NCBI GenBank assembly: GCA_045657465.1
Contig: JAZOTD010000036.1
Coordinates: forward strand, 11,372-51,371
Length of the DNA: 40,000 bases
Source of the DNA: Clostridia bacterium
Lineage (GTDB): Bacteria; Bacillota; Clostridia; Christensenellales; UBA1242
Direction: 5' to 3'
Each line of letters starts with the position of its first letter. The first letter of the stretch is position 1. A model generated the notes under the pieces. That model was not told the DNA's origin, did no database searches, and saw nothing but the letters and a program-made list of their open reading frames with translations. A program made the position numbers and the translations under genes. Below, in pieces: positions 18,001 to 26,171 of this stretch.

Positions 18001-18149
18001 TTAAAAAACACCCTGTTAAACACAGAGTAAAAGCAACAAACGACCACGAAAAAGATATTGAACTTCTTAGACCTAAGAAATCAGACATCTTTGAACCAAC
18101 AAGCAAATCTTCAAATGAAGAAGATTCTGGAAACGATGGCATTTTGTAA
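12096..18149 (+). CDS. Giant secreted cell-surface protein (2017 aa) with repeated modules and C-terminal membrane anchor
   Basis: Signal peptide MKKLSKSYSKNKKSILSAFLASVLAFSFNYSPISM; repeated beta-sandwich-like modules (LSANGVYEISFDFF...FFKDALKV, VYFDNISVENVS, VLFDNIRVTTINY); C-terminal TM WATFFYIFSSLLLALVLGMALVAVFVKK. Confidence 0.9.
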   Translation: MKKLSKSYSKNKKSILSAFLASVLAFSFNYSPISMISNLVKTSNAYKSSSLQSYYGETTSTSESKVKAYYPEELAEYFSQSKTNFNIETYYNSRFDDLFKGYANDFLLSGKVPFVNPDGSDNPDAMTNYSTLVRNFLSNKKVSTLYEYFENNKTDIKADLNISDFRTYVEYFVSHEITWTISDAETGKIPAAFTTAPTKTYFYCSFANFLTNTQESVKSTDTNGFDNLPEDYTESQFYQFSLSYKRLKDAVDAEIVKTMAIYSYDGQTQSNTVAGIVAEGAPVSKEFYYKDNEYTPQNTPKVSYSQKTVNKVKNRIVYYFGTLPTLPSGYTRPDHLEELDINKFYENPLQYRLTLDDGLDDNEEYGYIPGINTFYKYESIPFATTKNQYDLYVVDDSVTDLEKTTYASLGITVLTSDDIDNDTQNAEDLQDLGISKADSKSYFKVPYDSTAEHGDIYFNQIFSFIASSATKNKVYKILEELQKIDAIHGLYLKYKNNADNIVYYDPALNGGKSKETFIADAKKEENGIYDHLVIEFDYNSLSAEEKESYCIIPTSFSGHNVGSYTLYFEKTKTFYQETNTTNYDGYVTKDTPVDPYEYSSHLIPTDSYKMADYGKEIFALVENKDTTAKVTIDSTEYFTVDQFELDKPENRNFYIEVPEYTYNKIYGANNRTYKLYFKHEAKATRQLYVVDDTKSASTNEVYKNLYYNVITSEELKLNKLNYVAVESTDANYNKNFKLYYRYDEDTKFSELFVQNEFRNTGSDDNSKHNANAVYIVDEDVKPDELAKYKVNLFNVVSTEEFNQNKHFYVLIQQGDENYNSQYTKLYYKYKTDTTKASEKVIYIYTSGKSDKYQTFYKNNAGYVASDYELIPSTDTENYVEGTNLYYKKKRVQSAVNKPQMTYYYYQNSSTVSLKANKYYAISFYVYTNGYYDEAKTMPIEASFYLSDSNGYVSNISLEHISSQGKWTKYYMFVSTDLNSASAVSLKMYLGDKTSILGSRYEDNKDTIKTVSGVVLFDNIRVTTINYTDFTKRRVDDKDITVEKYLEESDSPVVLDVVVANDDARFNTTNVFDNRANSTLVIGDNDNSTTWDEGKDFDDMFNFDDIYNTNKDSNVFTDIPDVTEKTDGYSPKTTMWSYYIGRDVSGLGNSRKLEQYQEAYMSGNLSVSLVDEETEISKTITPVDKDEDKKEEDKKEEDKTENKETIASTFNLANRALKLENTNSIISLGITSNAFKIEQFRYYKITVWVFAPDKEATASITLNSVVETASTPTYGTLLTKTISLDACYASYTTAPTNEYGWIPCSFYIEGNALHDQLCYLVLSAGKDSTVYFDNISVENVSSSAYDTVSSDSDNTTNYLSLTNSSSVISNGITNGYFNNITFKNDYKEPDMTTPRTAKSWTVDSNSSSAVVAGVVPTNKTYTSLTDNFYKKYNKDGDDVIIPYSNGFDENNSYNNVFAIYAPSTMNNPIEGSTQTGVNTTNMYKLYSSSISLSANGVYEISFDFFKGYNFTGSMIANLYYGSKDSAKIISSFKIDANNLDEYAWETFKFYVASSYSTASVYLEIGVTGATGTCFFKDALKVTSSKLLTDLRDEIINVNENLSGTADMFNKQSLQNYRFVDFAMLSSSTHSLEFNKQNNTYNVSEYKNELINTNKYTVGKSGVAVATFFAEEDSTVTYSVTINKITYYIGEDASSDTGYSLYKYSCCCEDDKVTEIDGSPVVVENTKKVVVGKDDKTTDYASTKTEKKNYLYTFEKDVEINNVMIPATELTNNYSDSVMILANSYSTDFISLTPAYTTTLSKTSFYVLKIYVKTSDFADEDTGLNINIASISTSWKNINTTILDEGKADENGFVCYQVGIKTADSSIASFGVTLSLGSEKSTCKGYAIIADIELEKYATEADLEHYISTVEDDEITVKKYYSNAKDGSSSNTSNEKKEDAEEVSRWATFFYIFSSLLLALVLGMALVAVFVKKHPVKHRVKATNDHEKDIELLRPKKSDIFEPTSKSSNEEDSGNDGIL
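13260..14770 (+). repeat. Three to four diverged 'VVDD...Y..LxxNVIxSEE...NK..YV...D.NYN...KLYY+Y' modules within the giant protein
   Basis: YDLYVVDDSVTDLEKTTYASLGITVLTSDDI; RQLYVVDDTKSASTNEVYKNLYYNVITSEELKLNKLNYVAVESTDANYNKNFKLYYRYDED; NAVYIVDEDVKPDELAKYKVNLFNVVSTEEFNQNKHFYVLIQQGDENYNSQYTKLYYKYKTD. Confidence 0.75.
14825..17820 (+). repeat. About four diverged carbohydrate-binding-module-like (CBM4/9-like) repeats within the giant protein
   Basis: Recurrent pattern '(Y)Y.ISF.V(Y/F)...; W....FYV......A.V.L.(L/I)..G......(V/F)(F/Y)FD(N/A)I.V' at about 14825-15180, 15800-16115, 16555-16850 and 17460-17800. Confidence 0.55.
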
Positions 18150-18163
18150 TAACTACAAAAAAC

Positions 18164-18192
18164 AAAAAGAGAGACACTTGTCTCTCTTTTTT
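18164..18192 (+). terminator. Terminator of the giant-protein gene
   Basis: aaaaagagagac - actt - gtctctcttttt. Confidence 0.9.
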
Positions 18193-18201
18193 ATTCTCAA
18201 A

Positions 18202-18227
18202 AAAAGACGAGATTATTTCTCGTCTTT
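18202..18227 (-). terminator. Terminator of the 18213-19391 gene, overlapping its 3' end
   Basis: aaaagacgaga - ttat - tctcgtctttt inverted repeat with poly-A upstream on the + strand (poly-U on the minus-strand transcript). Confidence 0.7.
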
Positions 18228-19391
18228 TGCTTTTTTAGTTTTATTTTTTTCTGGTTTTGCATCTTCTGTTAATTTTTTGATATAACATGTTTTCTTTCTA
18301 ATAAGTTCTCTTTCAAACATTTCAAGAGAGCTGATAGCTCCTGTGTTTGTCTCTAACTGAACACCAGTTACACCAGTTTTAACGTTTGGCATTTGACACA
18401 CTCTATCAAAAAGCTTTTTGATGATAAATGCAGTAACTCCCAACTTTTGATATTCTTTTCTTACTGAAATGATTCCAAGTTCAATTTCTTCAGGTTTTCT
18501 AAGTGCTTTGAGCCAATGAATAAACCCAAATGGAAGTGCTCTTCCTTTAGATTTTCTCATTGCTTCTGCAAGTGATGGCCATGTTAAACCAAAACCAATA
18601 AGTTTGTCTTTTTTATCAAAAACCAAGCAAAGATATTTCTTTTTCAAAATAAGCTTAAACATTGATATAACTTGTTTTCTAAGTTCATCATTCATAGGCA
18701 TTGTGCCATAAAGTTCAGCAAATGACTCGTCCATCAAATCAAAGAAGTCGTCACCATGTTTTTTGATAAGCCCATTAAGAGTTTTGAACTCTTCCTCATG
18801 AAAACCATAGCGATTTTCAACAATATTTGCTATTCTGTCAACACGTGCATCCATCTTTTGTGGAAAATTAAATCTCCATTCAACCCATTTTGCATCTGGT
18901 GTGTAGCCACAGTTTTCAATATAAGTTTGATAATATGGATAGTTGTAGCTTGTGATATATGAACCACGGTGTTCAAAACCATAAACCATCAAACCTTCTC
19001 TTTCTAAATCATCATAACCAAGTGGACCATGAATATATTCCATACCATGTTCTCTTGCCCAGTCTTCAGCTGTTTGAAGCAATGCTTTTGCAACTTCTTC
19101 ATTTTCAATCACATCAAATCTTGAAAATCTAGCATACTTTGCATTATTTTTCTCATTGAATGGGTGCATTATAATACATGCAATTCTTCCAACAACTTTT
19201 CCATTCTCATCTTCTGCTAAGAAAAATGCTTGTTCACACTCTTTGTAGTGTGCATTTTTCTTGGTAACCATTTTATATTCATCCATTTCCATTGGTGGAA
19301 TATAATTTTTGCAATCTTTATAGAGATTGGTTGGAAATCTCACGAATCTTTTTAAATCTTTTCTTTTTGTAATTTTTCTAATAGTAAACAT
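18213..19391 (-). CDS. GNAT-fold N-acetyltransferase-like protein (about 390 aa family)
   Basis: AFFLAEDENGKVVGRIACIIMHPFNE...YARFSRFDVIENEEVAKALLQTAEDWAREHGMEYIHGPLGYDDLEREGLMVYGFEHRGSYITSYNYPYY. Confidence 0.75.
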   Translation of the reverse strand: MFTIRKITKRKDLKRFVRFPTNLYKDCKNYIPPMEMDEYKMVTKKNAHYKECEQAFFLAEDENGKVVGRIACIIMHPFNEKNNAKYARFSRFDVIENEEVAKALLQTAEDWAREHGMEYIHGPLGYDDLEREGLMVYGFEHRGSYITSYNYPYYQTYIENCGYTPDAKWVEWRFNFPQKMDARVDRIANIVENRYGFHEEEFKTLNGLIKKHGDDFFDLMDESFAELYGTMPMNDELRKQVISMFKLILKKKYLCLVFDKKDKLIGFGLTWPSLAEAMRKSKGRALPFGFIHWLKALRKPEEIELGIISVRKEYQKLGVTAFIIKKLFDRVCQMPNVKTGVTGVQLETNTGAISSLEMFERELIRKKTCYIKKLTEDAKPEKNKTKKAKDEK

Positions 19392-19540
19392 AACTTTCTC
19401 CTGCCTACATTATACTCCATTGCAAATTAATATACAATAAAACTAAAAAAGTTTGCAAATATTTTTGTATAGGTCAAAGTCAGTCAATATTTTTAAATAT
19501 CATTTTCATATTGCCAATTTGTTATTCATAAAATTTAATT

Positions 19541-21082
19541 ATGAATAGAATTTTTAAAGCAATGTTTTGCGTTACATTTTTTTCTGTTTGCACACGAGCT
19601 ATGGGGTTTTTGTTGAAAATTTATCTATCACGAGAGCTTGGAAGCACCCTTCTCGGCAGTTATCAAGTTGCCATGAGCATATTTGGTGTGTTGATGACAC
19701 TTGTTTCAAGTGGAATCCCTGTGGTTTTATCTCGCAATGTTTCTTATTTTTCAGGACAAAAAGATAAAAAAGCTATTGGTTCTCTGGTTTCGTCAGGGTT
19801 GATTTTAACAGGAATCATATGCTTTGTCGTTTCGTTAATTATTTTATTTTGCCCTAATCTCATGAATGCAATTTTTACATCAAACGCATCAACTGAAATG
19901 CTTCTTATATTACTCCCTGCACTAATCTCTAGCGCAATTTATGAAGTGATACGCGGTGCACTTTGGGGAGAAAAAGAATTTTTTGAAATCAGTTTTTCTG
20001 AATTTTTAGAACAAGTTGTTCGAATTGTTATTTTGGTTGTTTTCTTTAAAACAACGTTTTTAAATATGTCTCTAACAAACAAAACAGCTCTATCACTTTC
20101 GCTCGCCTGCATTCTCTCAACTTTGCACGTTTTAATTATATATTTCAAAAAAGGTGGAAAACTCTATAGTCCAAGAGCACAATTTAGATCTCTACTAAAA
20201 ACAAGCACTCCTATCACCGCAGTTAAAACAGCATCTTCAATTGTTTCATCAATCATAGCAATAATCATTCCGTTACGATTAATGAAATTTGGATATTCTT
20301 CAAACGAAGCTCTTTCAGAATTTGGAATCATCATGGGCATGACATTTCCTTTAATTATGATTCCATCCACGCTAATCGGTTCTCTTGCGGTAACCCTCAT
20401 TCCTTCAATAAGCGAACAATCAAACGATATTGACAGCGGAAACCTAAAAGACACATCAGCTCTCAAATCAAAAATAAACTTCGCACTGAAAATCACTATT
20501 CTCTTTTCAACGATCTTACTTTCAACATTCGTTGCATTAGGCATTCCGCTATGTGAATTTATTTATAAAAACTCAACCGCCGGAACCTATCTTTGTTTTT
20601 CTGCACTTGCAATGCTTCCACTAGGCATATCTCAAATCACATCATCTATTTTAAATGCTGTCGGTCTTGAAATGAAATCTCTCAAAAACTATGCCATTTC
20701 TGCGGGGCTTCTCATAATAAGCATCTACTTCTTGCCAGCGTATATCGGCACATATTCCTTAATTGTTGGATACTTGTTAATGTCTATTACAGCATCTATA
20801 TTAAATCTTCGTATGCTTTCAAAACGAAACCTAGTGAGCCTAAACTTTTCAAAAACAATTTTCTCAATGCTTGCAATAGCCATGTTGTCAACACTTCTCA
20901 CATCTTCAGTCTATCACTTATTTGACAGCTTCAGTTTGATTGTTTCACTCATACTTGGTGTTTTAACCAGTCTGTCTTCAACCGCAGTTTTAATTTATGT
21001 CTTTAACATTGCCAACGTAAAGGTTCTTATATTTAGAAACTTTAAGAAAAAATCTAAAGTATGTTCTCTACAGAAATCTTAA
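19541..21082 (+). CDS. MATE/MVF-superfamily oligosaccharide flippase, SpoVB-like
   Basis: MNRIFKAMFCVTFFSVCTRAMGFLLKIYLSRELGSTLLGSYQVAMSIFGVLMTLVSSGIPVVLSRNVS; 12+ TM profile; SPRAQFRSLLKTSTPITAVKTASSI. Confidence 0.87.
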   Translation: MNRIFKAMFCVTFFSVCTRAMGFLLKIYLSRELGSTLLGSYQVAMSIFGVLMTLVSSGIPVVLSRNVSYFSGQKDKKAIGSLVSSGLILTGIICFVVSLIILFCPNLMNAIFTSNASTEMLLILLPALISSAIYEVIRGALWGEKEFFEISFSEFLEQVVRIVILVVFFKTTFLNMSLTNKTALSLSLACILSTLHVLIIYFKKGGKLYSPRAQFRSLLKTSTPITAVKTASSIVSSIIAIIIPLRLMKFGYSSNEALSEFGIIMGMTFPLIMIPSTLIGSLAVTLIPSISEQSNDIDSGNLKDTSALKSKINFALKITILFSTILLSTFVALGIPLCEFIYKNSTAGTYLCFSALAMLPLGISQITSSILNAVGLEMKSLKNYAISAGLLIISIYFLPAYIGTYSLIVGYLLMSITASILNLRMLSKRNLVSLNFSKTIFSMLAIAMLSTLLTSSVYHLFDSFSLIVSLILGVLTSLSSTAVLIYVFNIANVKVLIFRNFKKKSKVCSLQKS

Positions 21083-21449
21083 AATCGTCTAAATAATGTG
21101 CAACATAATCAATTGCTGAAGCACACTCCGCATATGCTTCAGTATAATCATTCTGTTCAACATAAACCGCAATGCGCGCAAAAGTAATTTCAACATCTTT
21201 GACACCGCTGTGCCAAATTAAACACTTAAGCACTTTTAACTTATCAGTCCATTCTTCATGCAATGCATAACTTTTTTCTATTAATTCTTCAGTGTCAATC
21301 TTGTCTTTATTTTCTGCGAGTTCAATTTGCAACGACTCAAGTGAATTAATAAGCCACTTTAATGAACTTTGAGTGTATCTTGTTTCAAAAATTCCACCAA
21401 CCACCAATACAACAGCTATGCATAATATAACAACCCAACGTCTCACCAA
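21054..21449 (-). CDS. DUF4363-family protein
   Basis: N-terminal TM then ESLQIELAENKDKIDTEELIEKSYALHEEWTDKLKVLKCLIWHSGVKDVEITFARIAVYVEQNDYTEAYAECASAIDYVAHY; paired with DUF421. Confidence 0.75.
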   Translation of the reverse strand: MVRRWVVILCIAVVLVVGGIFETRYTQSSLKWLINSLESLQIELAENKDKIDTEELIEKSYALHEEWTDKLKVLKCLIWHSGVKDVEITFARIAVYVEQNDYTEAYAECASAIDYVAHYLDDFKISVENIL

Positions 21450-22165
21450 TTTCCATCTCCTTTATAATCAGTTTGAAACGAAAGACACACAGTGGCCCCT
21501 TTGTCTTGAATAAACACCTCACCATTAGAGTCTAATGTTAAAATCAAAACTTCTTTTTCATTTTTTATCTGTGAACGCTCAACGCAGTCATAAACAAACT
21601 GGTTGTCAACACCAGCAATCAACATATTCTCTTTCATTAACTTTCCGTCCATAACCAAATTGATTGGTAAAGAGTTTTGACTGACTTTGACTTTTAAGTC
21701 ATCTCGTGTAGCTTGCTCCGCTTCTGCTTTTTTAATTACACTTAAATTTCCGTTCGTTTCAATAATTGCATACAAGACTTCAGATAGATTAAACACACTG
21801 CAACCCCTAACAAGCTCCATTAAATCATCAAGTGTCATGTTTAATGCTTTTAGTTGATTATAATCAATACCCTTTGGGCTCATAACAATCACGGGCTTGC
21901 CAGTGAGCAAATATCTAAGCCCCATAAACTTTCTAGACAAAAAACATATTAAAAAATGAACAATCAACAGCGTCAAGATTGGCACAACACCATGCAACAA
22001 CGGAACAGACAATTCCGCCATTGGAATACACGCTAAATCAGCAATTATAAGTGTAACCACAAATTCGAATGGTTGCATTTCACCAATTTGCCTTTTACCC
22101 ATCAGTCTAATAACAGCAAAACAGCAAACATAAATAATAACAGATCTTAAAAGCATTATAACCAT
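21443..22165 (-). CDS. DUF421 (YetF-family) membrane protein
   Basis: RSVIIYVCCFAVIRLMGKRQIGEMQPFEFVVTLIIADLACIPM...SRKFMGLRYLLTGKPVIVMSPKGIDYNQLKALNMTLDDLMELVRGCSVFNLSEVLYAIIETNGNLSVIKK. Confidence 0.92.
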   Translation of the reverse strand: MVIMLLRSVIIYVCCFAVIRLMGKRQIGEMQPFEFVVTLIIADLACIPMAELSVPLLHGVVPILTLLIVHFLICFLSRKFMGLRYLLTGKPVIVMSPKGIDYNQLKALNMTLDDLMELVRGCSVFNLSEVLYAIIETNGNLSVIKKAEAEQATRDDLKVKVSQNSLPINLVMDGKLMKENMLIAGVDNQFVYDCVERSQIKNEKEVLILTLDSNGEVFIQDKGATVCLSFQTDYKGDGNW

Positions 22166-22190
22166 ATATTAATTATGATTTTTTTGCAAA

Positions 22191-22222
22191 AAAAAATACA
22201 TACCACATGGTATGTATTTTTT
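22191..22222. terminator. Terminator (bidirectional)
   Basis: aaaaaatacatacca - ca - tggtatgtatttttt. Confidence 0.85.
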
Positions 22223-22227
22223 ATAAC

Positions 22228-23235
22228 CTAAATATTTTTTACAACTTTGTAATGTATGCTAATATCAGCATTTGTGTCGCCTTTTTGATAGAAAATTCTC
22301 ATTGTATCTGCACCAGTAAGATCTTTTGTGTAAAGTGAATTGCTAGCTACCATTTCATCACACACATGAACAAATACTTCTGTTAAAAAGTCATCATTGA
22401 ATGTAAGTTTAAGCAAAATCACTTGCTCACTTGTTTCGATATTTTCATTTTGTTTGAAGATAACAACATTTCCGTCTTTACGTGATGCATTAACATATTT
22501 AAGTTCAACTTGACTGCTTTGTATTCTTCTATAAAAATCAGACTTCATTTCATAATGTGTGAATGTGCTGATTGTTTTGCTTTTTTCAAGACCAGTTGAT
22601 TCATCAATTTCGATTTTTGTTTGTTTGTAAGCCACACTGCCGTTTTTGTTATAATCAGCTTTGATTGCAAGTGTGTTTGACTTGCTTCCAAGTCTAACTG
22701 TTAATGTGTCACCAACAATCTTGTAATTATAAGATTTGTCATAACTTCCGTCGTGCATCAAATAGCTTCCGCCATCATCTTTGTAATAATAATCACATTC
22801 GCCATTTGATCTTATATAAACCATTTGATTTGAAGACTTGCTATCAAATGTTGAAACTATAGGGGTTCCACCAACAACAATCTTTTCTGTTTCACTAACA
22901 TAATACATTCCAGCTTCGATAACATCATAATCAACTTCAATCACTTGTGATTTATAAGTGATTTTCATTGTTCCATGAGTTTTTAATGATGTTGAAAAGT
23001 TAGAAATTTTAACATTTTTGTTATCTAAATCAATCATTTTGATGTTGCCATTTTTATAAGTAACCTTAATTTTAGCATCTTCAAAATCAATATCTTGACC
23101 TGCAACATACAATGTTTGCATAGTTCCTTCAATCTTTGCACTTGCAATGCTCTTTGAATTAAATATTAAAAAACCAAGACCCACAATACCCGCAATTAAA
23201 ACGACCGACAAAATAATCATTATAATCTTTTTCAT
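22228..23235 (-). CDS. Membrane-anchored extracytoplasmic protein with bacterial Ig-like domain
   Basis: N-terminal TM; IEGTMQTLYVAGQDIDFEDAKIKVTYKNGNIKMIDLDNKNVKISNFSTSLKTHGTMKITYKSQVIEVDYDV matches a Big-type Ig-like pattern. Confidence 0.7.
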   Translation of the reverse strand: MKKIIMIILSVVLIAGIVGLGFLIFNSKSIASAKIEGTMQTLYVAGQDIDFEDAKIKVTYKNGNIKMIDLDNKNVKISNFSTSLKTHGTMKITYKSQVIEVDYDVIEAGMYYVSETEKIVVGGTPIVSTFDSKSSNQMVYIRSNGECDYYYKDDGGSYLMHDGSYDKSYNYKIVGDTLTVRLGSKSNTLAIKADYNKNGSVAYKQTKIEIDESTGLEKSKTISTFTHYEMKSDFYRRIQSSQVELKYVNASRKDGNVVIFKQNENIETSEQVILLKLTFNDDFLTEVFVHVCDEMVASNSLYTKDLTGADTMRIFYQKGDTNADISIHYKVVKNI

Positions 23236-23304
23236 ATGTGTCTCCTTTGTTTAATTAGTTATATTATAAGAACATTATAACATAGATAATTCAATATTTC
23301 AAGA

Positions 23305-26106
23305 CTAATTTAAAACATTTTTGAGTGCTTGACCAGTGTAAGACTGTGAAACTCTTGCAACTTGCTCTGGAGTTCCTTGAGCAACAATAGTTCCACCTCG
23401 GTCACCACCTTCAGGCCCAATATCAATTATATGGTCTGCAACCTTGATAAAATCAAGATTGTGTTCAATTACAACCACACTGTTGCCTGTTGAAACAAGT
23501 CTTTGAAGAATTGCTATCAACTTTTCAACGTCATAAGTGTGTAAACCAGTTGTTGGCTCATCTAAAATATATAATGTTTTGCCAGTTGCTCTCTTCGAAA
23601 GTTCTGTTGCAAGCTTAACTCTCTGTGCTTCACCACCTGAAAGCGTTGTTGCTGACTGGCCAAGAGTGATATATCCCAAACCAACATCATAAAGCGTTTG
23701 CAATTTATTTTTAATAGATGGCAAGTTATAGAAGAATTGCAAGGCATCTTCAACTGTCATGTTAAGCACGTCATTAATAGTCTTGCCCTTATATTTGATT
23801 TCAAGCGTGTTTTTGTTATAGCGTTTACCTTTACATTCATCACAAGTAACATAAACATCTGGCAAGAAATGCATTTCAATCTTAAGCACCCCATCACCAC
23901 CACAGGCTTCACATCTTCCACCTTTTACATTGAAACTAAATCTTCCAGCAGTGTAACCTTTTGCTTTAGATTCAGGCACAGACGCAAAAAGCTCACGTAT
24001 TGCAGAAAACACACCTGTGTATGTAACTGGATTGCTTCGTGGAGTTCTTCCTATTGGACTTTGATCAATAACAACAACCTTATCAATATGTTCAATGCCT
24101 TTAATGTCTTTATAAATACCTTCTGGCAAATTAGAACCATTTATTCTGTTTGCAACTGCAGGATAAAGCACTTCATTAATCAAACTTGACTTTCCACTAC
24201 CTGAAACACCAGTAACAGCAACCAAATTTCCAAGTGGGATTTTCACATTGATATTTTTCAAATTATTCTGCTTAGCCCCGATAATTTCAAGTATTCTGTC
24301 AGACATAGCTCTACGATTTTCAGGTACTTTTATGCCACGTCTTCCCGATAAATATGCACCAGTTATAGAATTTTCAACCTGTGCAATTTCTGCTGGTGTT
24401 CCTGCTGCTATGATTCGACCACCATGCACCCCTGCCATTGGTCCAACATCTACAATATAGTCAGCTGACCTAATTGTGTCTTCATCATGCTCAACAACCA
24501 AAACACTATTACCTAAATCTCTCAAATGTTTCAAAGTTCCAATAAGCTTGTTTGTGTCTCTTGGGTGCAAACCAATACTTGGTTCATCTAATATATACAA
24601 AACACCCATAAGCCCACTTCCAATTTGAGTTGCAAGTCTAATTCTTTGAGCTTCACCACCAGACAATGTGTACGCAGTTCTTGAAAGAGTGAGATATTCA
24701 AGCCCAACATTAAGCAAAAATTGAAGTCTGGCTTTAATTTCCTTAAAAATCCCTGCTGAAATTGCCCTTTCTTTTTCCGTCAAATTCAACTCTTCAATCC
24801 ACTTAAGCATTGATGTTACATTCATCTCAGTCACGTCAATAATAGATTTTCCTGCGATTTTAACTGACAAAGCCTGTTTATTTAAACGCTTTCCATAGCA
24901 ACTTTGGCAAGGTTTTGTAACCATATATTTTTCAATTTCATTTTTCACAAAATCACTTTGTGCATTTTCATGTCGGCGATATAAGTTTGGAATAATTCCT
25001 TCATATCTGCCAGCAAAAACATTACCGTTTGCAGTCACCATCTTCAATTTTTCGCCATTAGTTCCATAAAATAGTTCATGCAAAGCTTCTTTTGGATAAT
25101 CTTTAAGCGGAGTTGTCATATTGATGTTATATTTATCAATCACCCCTCTAAAAAACATATTTCCAAAACCATAATCACCCCAGCCAAACACTGAAACAGC
25201 CCCTTCTAAAAGCGACAAATTCCAATCTTTGACAAGCAATGACTCTTCAATAATCATCTTTGAACCAATACCCAAACATTCTGGGCATGCACCTATTGGA
25301 GTGTTAAAACTAAAGAGTCTTGAAGAAATCTCATTAAATGAAAACCCACAATTTGGACAACTGTGCTTTGTTGAGTATAAAAACTCACTTCCGTTTGTGT
25401 CCACAATAACCACACCATCGGCAAGTTTAACTGCGGTTTCAATGCTTTCTGCTAGTCTTGTTTCAATGCCATCTTTGCGAATAAGTCGATCAATAACCAC
25501 TGAAATATCATGTTTTTTCTTTTTATCAAGCACAATTTCATCATCAATGCTATAAATTGTGCCATCAACCTTGAGCCTGATATAACCTTTCTTTCTAAAT
25601 TCTTCAAAAAGCTCTCTATATTCTCCTGTTTTTCTGCGAATAACAGGCGCAATAACCATAATCTTTGAACCATCTTCACAAGCCATAACTTTGTTAACAA
25701 TGTTATCAATTGATGAAGAATTGATTGGAATGTTGCAATTTACACAATATGGAACACCAATATTTGCAAACAAAAGCCTTAAATAATCATAAATTTCAGT
25801 AACAGTGCCCACTGTTGACCTTGGGTTTGATGATGTTGTCTTTTGATCAATTGCAATTGCTGGAGAAAGCCCGTCAATCTCATCAACATCAGGTTTTTTC
25901 ATTTGCCCCATAAATTGCCTAGCATAAGAAGACAAAGATTCCATATATCTTCTTTGTCCTTCAGCAAAAATCGTATCAAATGCCAAACTAGACTTTCCGC
26001 TACCTGAAAGTCCTGTGAGCACAACCAATTTGTTTCGTGGAATGTCAAGATTGATGTTTTTTAGGTTGTTTTCTCTTGCACCAACAATTCTAATAAAATT
26101 ATCCAT
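23305..26106 (-). CDS. uvrA: Excinuclease ABC subunit A
   Basis: Two ABC ATPase domains: [55 protein letters not shown]; [19 protein letters not shown]; zinc-finger cysteines; [16 protein letters not shown]. Confidence 0.98.
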   Translation of the reverse strand: MDNFIRIVGARENNLKNINLDIPRNKLVVLTGLSGSGKSSLAFDTIFAEGQRRYMESLSSYARQFMGQMKKPDVDEIDGLSPAIAIDQKTTSSNPRSTVGTVTEIYDYLRLLFANIGVPYCVNCNIPINSSSIDNIVNKVMACEDGSKIMVIAPVIRRKTGEYRELFEEFRKKGYIRLKVDGTIYSIDDEIVLDKKKKHDISVVIDRLIRKDGIETRLAESIETAVKLADGVVIVDTNGSEFLYSTKHSCPNCGFSFNEISSRLFSFNTPIGACPECLGIGSKMIIEESLLVKDWNLSLLEGAVSVFGWGDYGFGNMFFRGVIDKYNINMTTPLKDYPKEALHELFYGTNGEKLKMVTANGNVFAGRYEGIIPNLYRRHENAQSDFVKNEIEKYMVTKPCQSCYGKRLNKQALSVKIAGKSIIDVTEMNVTSMLKWIEELNLTEKERAISAGIFKEIKARLQFLLNVGLEYLTLSRTAYTLSGGEAQRIRLATQIGSGLMGVLYILDEPSIGLHPRDTNKLIGTLKHLRDLGNSVLVVEHDEDTIRSADYIVDVGPMAGVHGGRIIAAGTPAEIAQVENSITGAYLSGRRGIKVPENRRAMSDRILEIIGAKQNNLKNINVKIPLGNLVAVTGVSGSGKSSLINEVLYPAVANRINGSNLPEGIYKDIKGIEHIDKVVVIDQSPIGRTPRSNPVTYTGVFSAIRELFASVPESKAKGYTAGRFSFNVKGGRCEACGGDGVLKIEMHFLPDVYVTCDECKGKRYNKNTLEIKYKGKTINDVLNMTVEDALQFFYNLPSIKNKLQTLYDVGLGYITLGQSATTLSGGEAQRVKLATELSKRATGKTLYILDEPTTGLHTYDVEKLIAILQRLVSTGNSVVVIEHNLDFIKVADHIIDIGPEGGDRGGTIVAQGTPEQVARVSQSYTGQALKNVLN

Positions 26107-26171
26107 ACATCTCCTTAAATGCCTATATTTTCAGCATTTATGCAGTATTATGTCAAACATAACACCTCTAT

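Noticed and set aside
23698-24189. 163-aa + strand ORF antisense to uvrA, and similar antisense ORFs at 25229..25555, 27239..27577 and 28060..28515
   Set aside because: Opposite strand of highly conserved uvrA/uvrB/NUDIX coding sequence; no domain or RBS support.
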